64,000 bases of DNA, taken from NCBI RefSeq assembly GCF_009914755.1, contig NC_060935.1. One strand, 5' to 3'. The position numbers and the translations under genes are program-made. Shown in pieces: positions 53,892-64,000 of this stretch (the stretch's first letter is position 1; each line of letters begins with the position of its first letter). Source of the DNA: the human T2T-CHM13v2.0 reference genome, Homo sapiens. The notes beneath the pieces were generated by a model. That model had not been told where the DNA came from and made no database searches. It worked only from the letters and a program-made list of their open reading frames with translations.

Positions 53892-56800
53892 ATTACATGA
53901 AACAACAGACTTACTTCAAAATAATGATGTCAGTGAAAAAAAGCAGCATTTTGTTAACAAGTGCATACTGCATTACTCCATTTATATAAAATTCTAGAAA
54001 ATCTTTAGTGGCAGGGATCATGTCACTGGTTTCCTGAGGATGAGGGTCAGAGTGGAGAGGTGTTAGAAGGGAGAATTTTAACAGGTCAAAAAGAAGAAAC
54101 TTTTAGGGCAATAGGTATATTTATTATTTGATTTTGGTGGTTTCATGGGTATGTATAGCTGTCAAAACTTATCAAATTGTATACTTTTAATACATGCAGT
54201 TCAGTATTTTCAACTGCAGTTAATTAAGCTACTAAAATAATTAGACAAATTTTCTAATTAAAAGGGGCAAAAGATTTGAGCAGATGTTTCACCAAAGAGG
54301 AGATACAGGTGACAAATAAACACATAAAAAATCCTAAACGTCATTGGTCATTAGGAAAATTCAAATTAAAATCACAATGAAATATTACTGTACACTTATA
54401 AAACTACAAAAAAAGACAAAGCAAAGTGCTGACAAGAATATACAGCAACTGCAAGTTTCACACATTGTTGGGGTGGATGCAAAGTCATACAGCCGCTTGG
54501 GGAAACAGTTTGGCAAATTCTTATAAAGTTATACATGCACTTACTATACAATTCAGATTTTCACTCCTGGATATTTACCCCAAAGAAATGGAAACATAAG
54601 GCCACACAAAGACATGTAGGTTGTTTAGAGCAAACTGAAACCTAGATCCATCCCAAATGCCTGTCAAATGGATGTTGGAGAAACAAACCATAGTACATCC
54701 ATACAAAGGACTCCTCAACAATAAAAAGAAACAACTACTGATAAATACAACAACATGGATGCATCTCAAAAGCATTTTGCTAAAAGAAATAAGCAAGATA
54801 CAAAAAGGTTACATGTTGTATGATTCCACTCAATTTGGAAAAAACAAAGCCATAGGTAAAAAGCAGCAAATCAGTGGTTGACAGGGGTGGGGGTGTTGGG
54901 AAAATTGGCTATAAAGGGCCCATGGAAACATTCTGTGGTGATGAAAAATTCTGTATCTTAAATACATTTGTCAAAATCTCCAAGCACTGAATGTAAAAAA
55001 GCTGAATTTTACCATGTGAAAATTACCCTTTAATAAACCTGATGTTTTCAAAAATCCACGTCATCCTTGATTTTTAAAAAACTCAATAAAATAGGGTTAA
55101 ATAATTCCTTAATATGATAATATATGTATATGTGAGCACTAAATAGAGTATCATTCTTTATTGCAAAACCACAGGAGAATTTCTCCTAAAAACATAAAGA
55201 AGTTGCCCATAATCAACACTATTACTTAACATTATGCTAGAAGTACTAGTCAACAGAATTGGAATAGAAAAAAATAGAGGTACTAAGTTGGAAACAAGGT
55301 GGAAAACAAAATCAGTATTTAAAAATGCTTGGCAATAACCTGGAATAACCCCAAGAAAATCAACTGAATAAAAGTGTTAATAAAAAAAAAAACAGTGGGG
55401 ATATGTAATCGATATGGATAAATCAATGTTTTTTATAAATATAAACAATAACCACTTGGAGTATAAGATAGAAGAAGGGATCTTTACAATAGCATTTACA
55501 ATAGCAACACAATAAGATAAAATGCCTTGAAAGAAAATTAACAGGAAAAGTCCAAGACATATTAAGAAAACTGTAAAATTAACTAAAGATAGTAAAATTT
55601 AACAAACAGAAAGACATGAATGTTCTAGATTGGGGGGATCCAACATTGCAAAGATGTCAATTTCTCTAACTTAATTTAGAAAATTAATATAATCCCAGTA
55701 AAATTATAATTTTTTTTAAAAAAGCTAAAGATAATTTTTTAAAATTAGGCAAAAATCAACAACAATATTTAGAGAAATTCTGAAAAAGAAAAGCAAGGAA
55801 GAATCTACTTGATTTCAAACATACTATAAATCCTGAATAATGAAAAGTGCATGGCACCAACTCATGAAGAAACCAATGTACTCATGGGGAAACACAGAGA
55901 AAGTTTAGGAATAGAATCAAATGTATACAACAAAGGTGGTATCTCAACTCAGAGAGAAAGAGAGAGTATACAATTAAAGTTGTTGAAACAATTGGATCTA
56001 CATACCATACCTCAAAGCAGGATAAATTCCAAATGGGTCAAGATTTAAATAAAAAACATGAAGCCATAAAAATACTGAAAGAAAACATGGAAAGGTTCCA
56101 TTTGAAGCTTGGATAGGAAAAAGCCTATTTAAATATAACTCAAAATTCAAAATTTTAAAAAATGTTATACTTGACTACATAAAATTAAAAGAAAATTTTA
56201 GCATGAAGGCATACCATTAAACAAAGATAAATATAAATGTTAAACTGAATTTAAATACTTGCAATGAATAGCAAGAAAAAGAACTTATCTCCCAATATGT
56301 AAAGAGCTCTTAGAGTTTGATAAAACCCGATATTAAAATGAGCAAAAAATATAAAGGGCAATTCAAAGTATTTTTTAAATATGTGAAACTACTCATAGGT
56401 GAAATGCAATTTAAAAGCTACATTAAGATACCGTTTTTCACCTATCAGATTGTTACATATCCAAAAGTATGATACAATCTGTTCCTGAGGCTACAGGGAA
56501 AGAGTCACTTTCATACATTGCTGGTGGGAATGTAAATTGTTACAACCCTTAGGGAGGGCAATTTGGTAATATCTGTTAAGATTACAAATGCATATACCCT
56601 TTGACCCAGCTATTTCACTTCTGGGAATGTATCCTAGAGTTATCCTAGGACGCATGCAAAATGATATACCTGAATATCTATTGCAGCATTGTTAATAATA
56701 GCAAAAGATTGGAAGCAACCCAAAACTTCCATCAATAGGAGGCAGTTTTTTCATTTCATTAGCTTGCTTTTATGGCTTCACAGTGGGGAAAAAAAAAAAA

Positions 56801-58609
56801 AAAAAAATGAGCCTCTGCTCCTAAACCCAGACTGAAGCTGGCCTAAGCCATCTATGCGATTTCTCCTTCCCCTGGTCTAACCCTTTAGAACTTCCAAGGC
56901 AGTGAAGTCCCCCCAGGTGGGAGATGGCCTTGGGCCATCTCTAGGACATAAACTTAAGTTTGGGATGGACAGAAGAGGGAGCAATGCAAACCACTCTATC
57001 CCCTGCTAATTACAAAATCAAAGCTTCTCTTTACTGAAGTGACATTGAGGGAGAGAAGAGGGTAGTGGGTGAACTTTCCCTAGGTATAGAATGAACCGCT
57101 ACTAATTGTCATTTTAATCTTGGTCATCATTTAATTAATTAGGGAAAGATATGAATAATACTGCATAAGACTTACCTTTGCCTATTTCAGTAAAGTGGTC
57201 CCTTTTCCTAAAATTATACAACTAGGATGCTATTTTCCCCAGATACTAATGTTAATGAGCACTTTATGATACCACAAACAAGGCAATAATATTTACCGTC
57301 TGACAGCTACCTAATCTCAGATATAATATCTAGAAGATATAGTTCCCTACATTGTCTAGGTATAGGTGAAGTTGAGTGAAGTTGTCCAAATTGAGACTAT
57401 AAAATGATGGAAAATGTTGAAGTTAGATGTTCTTCTCCATTTTTGCATTTGCCTACATTTCTTTTTAAGAATCACATGATTTTGGTCAAATGTCGTGTTG
57501 CTGATTTGTGGTTGTGGTTGTTTGTCTGCGTGCCGTGAGTTTGTTTTTTGGTAAATACAAATTATTCAAAAGCTATTCAGAGAAAAAGAAGTGGAATCCT
57601 GCTAGACAGTAGACAGTAAGAATTCTGTGGGATGGTCCTGGTGAAATAGAAACCACTTTGTGTAAAAAGGCTCATTTTAAGTGGGTCAATCTGTATTAGT
57701 TGCACCACTTGAAACATTGAAGATACATTTTAGTGTATCTCGTGTTTGGGGACCTTTTGGGAACACACTATATTTATACTCTATTAAACTAGGTCAGCTT
57801 CTTTGTTGGGACAATCCCAGAGGGAGCTATACATTTCACCTGAAGGTAGCAAGAAGAGTTCTGGTATTTTACTGGTTTGTCTATCTTAACTCATGCTACT
57901 GAAGTCAAATCTAGTAACGTCCTATGTCCCAGTGAATAAACAGTGTCTCCTTCATTTACAAATATTTATTTAGTGTCTAGCATGAGTTATTTGTTGTGCT
58001 AGGTGTGGGAAATATCAATTTCTGCTGTCAAGGAGACTGCTCTCTAAAAGGATGGTAAGACACATTCATGCATATCTATAGAAAGAGCAGAAAGATAAGC
58101 TAGGCTTAAGGCTGCTGAGTTTATGGTACACGCATATTAACTAAGAGAAAGTGTCCTATATAGGCAGTTAGAAAGTGAGACACTCTAGAGAGCTTACAGC
58201 ACTAGATAGAACTTTGTTTAGTTTTCGGTGGTAGAAAATGAAGCTCTCTTTCTAGAAAAGAGGAGTCCTGATTCGTACATAGCGTTTTTTTCTTCTGATG
58301 AAAACAAATACATAAACAAGATGTGATTTTTGATATTTTTCAGCACATTTTAACTTAAAAATTATTTTAAAGAATTTGTGTAAGTAAAAATATGTGTTAA
58401 TTATGAGAACATCAAAACTATAGTGATTAATGAACATTTCCATATAGTAAATTATGGATGCAAATGAAGGAAGTCACAGCCCACTGTTTCATGTGGCATC
58501 TAGTCTCATACATTCAGAGAATAATACTGAATTCTGGTTTTGTATTCTAATTAGAGCACTAACAAGATAGTATTCATTAGAAGAAGACAAAGTGTCTAAA
58601 AATCAGGCC

Positions 58610-58882
58610 ATAGAAAGTACAGCTAGATTGGAAGAATAAATTCTGTTTTATAGAAGTATAGGGTGACTATAATTAACAACAATTTATTATATATTTTCAA
58701 ATAGCTAGAAAAGAGAATTTAGAATGTTTCCAACACAAAGAAATGATAAATGTTTGAGGTGATGGATATGCTACTGATATGATCATTACACATTGTATAC
58801 CTGTGTCAAAATATCACACTGTAATCCATAAATATGTATGATTGTTATTAATATGTATCAACAAAAAATAAAAGAAAAAAAT
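58610..58882 (+). mobile_element. L1MA-type 3' end
   Basis: atagggtgactataattaacaacaattt...caaatagctagaa...tgtttgaggtgatggatatgct, followed by an A tail. Confidence 0.8.
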
Positions 58883-58944
58883 TGCCATTCAAGGTACTAA
58901 AATTTTTAAAAGAATGTCAATTCAAATGGGTTATTCACCTTTGA

Positions 58945-59150
58945 AAAGAGGTGACTATAGTTTATAATAATATATTATATATTTCAAAATAGCTAGAAGA
59001 CAATAATTGGAATGTTTTTAGCATAAAGAAAAGACAAACATTTAACATGATGGATATCCCAATTACACCGATTTGATCTTTACAAATCACATGAATGTAT
59101 CAAATTATCACATGTACCTTCCCCTTCCCCCCACCAAAAAAAAAAAAACA
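58945..59150 (+). mobile_element. second L1MA-type 3' end
   Basis: ggtgactatagtttataataatatatt...gatggatatcccaattacaccgatttgatc...cacatgtacc. Confidence 0.75.
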
Positions 59151-59174
59151 GAAAGAAAAGGGAAGGCTTAGAAC

Positions 59175-59345
59175 CAGCGATAGCTATCTTCAAATATTTG
59201 TGGTAGATCAGTATTATTTATTGTTATTCCAGAGACCAGAAATAGGAAAATCATAGGTGAAAGTTCCAAAAAAGCAATTTTCAGCTTATGTGGAATGACT
59301 AACTGACAATTACAGCTGTCCAAGAACAGGATAGGGTGTTTTGTT
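59175..59345 (+). mobile_element. L3/CR1 fragment
   Basis: gatagctatcttcaaatatttg...ttcagcttatgtgg...cagctgtccaagaacagga. Confidence 0.55.
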
Positions 59346-59827
59346 TATTTGTTAGCAACCTACATGGCAATTGAATGGCATTCAATTAGAGATGCTGAGA
59401 TGCAATGCCTTTCAAATTTTAAGGTGCATTTTGAGTCACCTGGGGTCTTATAAAATGCTGTTGGCCACCAAACATAGTTTGAGTACCAAGTATATAAAGA
59501 ATTCTCCTTCGCTATGTGGACAATTTTGGATAAGAGAAATTTTAAATTTTCCCTCATCTTGAAAAGTCTATTATATTCTATGTTTATTTGAGTACCAATG
59601 CAAGGTATTTGCTGGATGCTGTGGAAATAAACAAAAGTCAGGGTCCCTGAGATAAAGTAGCATATTTCAGAAACAAGAGAATGCATAGCACATTTGAAGA
59701 ATATTGACCTGATTGAGAGAAATTTTTCTGGTAGGAGAAGTGTTGTAGAAATAGGCTTTGAAAAGGCAGAGTTTCCATTGTGAATATAAAATTAAGTACT
59801 TCAGACATCATCCTGGGGGGAAAGGTA

Positions 59828-60319
59828 TGCCAGTTCAGATTTGCCTTCTTCTATAAGTAATATACCCCCAGGATAGTGGCTTAAACACACAAATGTTTAT
59901 TTTTCTATGTAAATAAAAGAGGTACAGAATTAAGCTGTTCAGGGTTGTATGACGACCCCATAAAGTCATCAGGGACTTGGTCTCTTTCTATCTTTCTGTT
60001 CAGTCATCTTCCTTGCTGTCTTCCACCCTCAAGATTATTTTAAGATTCAAGACAGCTACTGGAGCTCCAGCAATTTTATCCCATTCCAGGCTTGGGAAGG
60101 AAGATGAAGAAATTGCTTCTTTCTTTTGAAGAAAACAACTCAAAAGACAACTGCTGCTTACATCTCACTGGCTAGAACTTGATTACATGACTGAATACAA
60201 CTGCAAGGGAACCTGGGAAAGATTATTGTCTCAGCTATGCACATTGTCCAGGGTTCTGTTTTTAAGGAATAATAAGTGGATTGATGAACACTGGAAGTCA
60301 CCTAGCAGTCTTTATCACA
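59828..60319 (-). mobile_element. MLT1J/K-like MaLR LTR
   Basis: agtggcttaaacac...ggagctccagca...cactggctagaacttg...ctgcaagggaacctgggaaa...ctagcagtctttatcaca. Confidence 0.75.
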
Positions 60320-60794
60320 AATGGTAAGTCCATTGTTTCTGAATTGGAATGGGACACTGGCAGGGGACTGTTTTTGAAAGATAAGTATGGAGGTAATACA
60401 AAGACTGAAAGTAAATGTTGGGAGATGTAGTCAAGATGACTGATTTCTAGACATAAAGGAATTCCGGGGATGTTGGACTAAACAAGAGTAGTAAGAGATT
60501 AAGTGAAGAGAGAGAACTATAGAATGGCCTTTACAAAGTTATGATGGACAAGACTTGGTGACTTGACCTGGGTCGGAAAAGACAGGGAGGAACCTAGAAT
60601 ACCCAAGAGGTTTACAACCTGGGTGACTTGGAAAAATGATGAAACCCATAGCAGAAAAAGAAATGGCACAAAGAAAGGCGACTTGTCGAGGAAGAAGATG
60701 AGTTTTGTTTTAGATATACTGGGTTTGCTGTGATGAGGGAACATCCCAGGGGACAGGCAGAAATATCTAAACACTTCATGGTTAAGACTATAAG

Positions 60795-60912
60795 ACAGTG
60801 TATACTGCTCGGGTGATGGGTGCACCAGAATCTCACAAATCACCACTAAAAGGACTTACTCATGTCACCAAACATCACCTGTTCCCCAATAGACTATGGG
60901 AATAATTAAAAA
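60795..60912 (+). mobile_element. L1PB 3' end (short 5'-truncated insertion into an L2)
   Basis: cagtgtatactgctcgggtgatgggtgcaccagaatctcacaaatcaccactaaa. Confidence 0.88.
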
Positions 60913-60913
60913 A

Positions 60914-60983
<70 letters not shown>

Positions 60984-61134
60984 AGGAAGGAAGGAAGGAA
61001 GGAAGGAAGGAAGGAAGGAAGGAAGGAAGGAAAGAAAGAAAGAAGGAAAGAAAGAAAGAAAGAGAGAAAGAAAGAGAGAAAGAAAGAAAAAGAAAGAAAG
61101 AGAGAAAGGAAGGAAGGAAGGAAAGAAAAAAGGA

Positions 61135-61190
<56 letters not shown>

Positions 61191-61396
61191 AGGAAGGAAG
61201 GAAGGAAGGAAAGAAAAGAAAAGAAAAGAAAGAAAGAGAAAGGAAAGAAAGAAAGGAAAGAAAGAAAGAAAGAGAGAAAGAAAGAAAGAGAGAAAAAGAA
61301 AAAGAAAGAGAGAGAAAGGAAGGAAGGAAGGAAAGAAAAAAGGAAAGAAAGAAAGAAGGAAGGAAGGAAGGAAGGAAGGAAGGAAAGGAAAGGAAA

Positions 61397-61470
<74 letters not shown>

Positions 61471-61478
61471 GAAAGAGA
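60908..61478 (+). repeat. (GAAA)n/(GGAA)n complex polypurine microsatellite
   Basis: 571 nt containing only A and G. Confidence 0.98.
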
Positions 61479-62927
61479 CTTTAGCTTAGGAGACAATTGA
61501 GTGTGTAGGGGATGGCTTTTGAGGGTATTCACATATTCCACACTTCCACGTAAGTGTCTAATAGTCATCTCACACTTTATGTTTCCAAATAGAACTCTCA
61601 GCCACCTTTACCCCACTCTAGTTATTGAAGACCCAGAGAATGCTGGTCTGTTTTAATAATGATCTCAACCAAACACCAGTACGTAGGCAAATTCTCTGCA
61701 GAAAATGAGTTAGGATAATACTCTAAAGCCAAGTATAAATTATTTGATATCATGTTCTCTTTGAGAATACTCCTCTCTGAATTTTGAGTTATTTTCTATA
61801 ATCGTCTTTGGATGCCTTCAAGTTCAGTTTAGCCATCTGCTTCAAGGGAATGATAACCCATGAAACCAAGGTGTCCCAGTTCAGCCAGCTTCCATAGCAC
61901 TCTCCTCAGAGATAGACTGAATTTTCCAAATACCAATTCTATATGAATCTGTTAATTGGATTATAGACAAAGTTTCCTGTCTTTTCTCTGGGCTAAGAAT
62001 CTGATTTTCCCTTGACAATATATTCCTAATGCCAGAGGTCAAGGCTTTTATTAAGCCATTCTGAACTTGCCTTCAAGTGGTTAATGAAAGATCCCTAGAG
62101 CACAGCTTTGACCTTAGCCTGCGTTGCATTTTATTTAATTGAATTGTATTTTGCTCCCTTCCTTTGTTTCTCTAGGCTCCAACCAGAGAAGGAAGCCAAT
62201 TGAACTCCTGGGATATATTAATTACATGTTTTATTTGACGATGTTTTGGTTTTCCATTATGTTCTTGTCATCTTTTTATTGTTCTATACCACAAAACGTC
62301 ACATGGACTAACTCTCTGGGAGTCTCTTATTTGCATTTAGTGAGGAGAGGACAACCTACCCCAAGTGGGTGGGGAAATTCCTGTATATCAAGTTATAAGG
62401 CAGGGGGTTCCCTTTCCACATTCGTAAAGCTACCCCGAGCTCAGGATACCCCCCAGTCAAATGGGTAAATGCTAGACAATTTCCTGTGGGAGACCTGGCC
62501 TTCTTGGAAGGAACTGAAATCTGCTGCTAAACAAGAAATCTAGAAATGTTTTGAAAATCTAAACGTGATAAAAATGGAAGAGAGCTTTCTTATTAATAAT
62601 GGCACACAGATACACAGACCTTTGTGGTTAACAAACTGTTCACACTTGATACTCCTAATTGTCCTTAAGATAGGCATGGTGAGTACCAAATTCATGTTAC
62701 AGAGGAGAGCACGATACTGACAGAACCTGGTGACTTGCTCAAAGCCACACAGTCTATTCTGCAGTAGAGCTGGGACAAGTCTTATGCTATTTACGCTGCT
62801 TTCTTTCCATTTATCTATAGTAAAATCATCAACCAGAGTTTGCTGACCTATCAGGTGGCACAGTACAGACTGCTCTAAGCTGTGGTTGTCAAAGGTGTTA
62901 GATCTACAGAATTAAATTGCATACCTG

Positions 62928-63775
62928 TGAACAGACACTTTTCAAAAGAAGACACACATGCAACCAACAATCATGAAAAAGAGCTGAACATCACTGATTA
63001 ATAAAGAAACGCAAATCAAAACCACAATGAGATACCAACTCACACCAGTCAGAAGGGCTATTATTAAAAAATCAAAGAACAACAGATGCTGGTGAGGTTG
63101 CAGAGAAAAATGAAAACTTATACATTGTTGATGGGTGTATAAATTAGTTGAAACATTGAGGAAGACAGTGTGGCAATTCTTTAAAGACCTAAAAACCGAA
63201 CTGCAATCCCATTACTGAGTATATACCCAAAGGAATATAAATTGTTCTATCATAAAGACATATGCATGCATATGTTTGTTGCGGAACTACTCACAATAGC
63301 AAAGACATGGAATCAACCTAAGTTACCATTGACAGTAGACTGGATAAAGAAAATGTGGTACGTATACACCATGGAACACTATGCAGCCACAAAAAAGAAC
63401 AAGATCATGATATTTTCAGAAACACAGATGGAGCTATAAGCCATTATTCTTAGCAAACTAATGCACGAACAGAAAACCAAATACCACATGTTCTCACTTA
63501 TAAGAGGGAGATAAATGATGAGAACTCATGGACACACAAAGGGGAACAAAACACACAGGGGCCTATTGGAATGTGGATCAGGAAAAATAACTAAAAAAAG
63601 GGGAACAAAACACACAGGGGCCTATTGGAGTGTGGATCAGGAAAAATAACTAATGGGTACTACAGTTAATACTTGGGTAATGAATGTATCTGTACAACAA
63701 AACCCATGACACAAGTTTACCTATATAACAAACGTGCACAAGTAACAGAGAACTTAAAATAAGTTAAATTTAAAA
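62928..63775 (+). mobile_element. L1PA (PA11-PA13-like) 3' fragment
   Basis: gaacagacacttttcaaaagaagac...ggatcaggaaaaataactaatgggtac...aacttaaaataag. Degenerate TSD aaa(t/c)tgcat(ac/gt)ctg (62914-62927, 63776-63789). Confidence 0.9.
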
Positions 63776-64000
63776 AAACTGCATGTCTGAATCCATTTTA
63801 TTTCTTTCCCTCACTTACACAAACAGCATTTTTCCCTTACCTCCAAAATCACTCTAGTATATATTGATACTTCACCAAACTACTCTTCACTCCACAAATA
63901 GACCATGCCATCTATATATGGCTACCACTTTATTCATATTGCTCTTTTCACTGGATTGCTCCTTCCACACCCTATCTGTCCTAAAGCCTCTTTTGCTTCT

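Noticed and set aside
60896-61568. 197-aa K/E/R-rich and 220-aa F/L/S-rich ORFs
   Set aside because: Translations of the stop-free (GAAA/GGAA)n microsatellite.

Overview
Primate (most likely human) non-coding genomic DNA. I see no credible protein-coding exon: the ORFs in the track are read-throughs of Alu, L1, LTR or simple-repeat sequence. The window is dominated by interspersed repeats: 11 Alus, a ~4.7 kb L1PB nested in a ~14 kb block of old L1M fragments (42.6-56.7 kb), MaLR/ERV LTRs, hAT and Tc-mariner MITEs, and MIR/L2/L3 relics. The first ~2.9 kb has no recognisable repeats and contains a candidate conserved enhancer. The most notable observation is at 46682-47026, where the first 33 nt of vault RNA (vtRNA1 type), in antisense orientation, are fused head-to-head to a full-length AluSc inside one 15-bp target-site duplication (TSD). 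This looks like a two-RNA, twin-primed retrotransposition chimera. Other oddities are a 5S rRNA 5' fragment, an Alu lacking its last ~80 nt but keeping its tail and TSD, a probable micro 3' transduction on the L1PB, two local 130-180 bp templated duplications and a 571-nt pure-purine tract. Subfamily names come from recalled consensus motifs, not from a RepeatMasker/Dfam run, and the boundaries of old elements are approximate.
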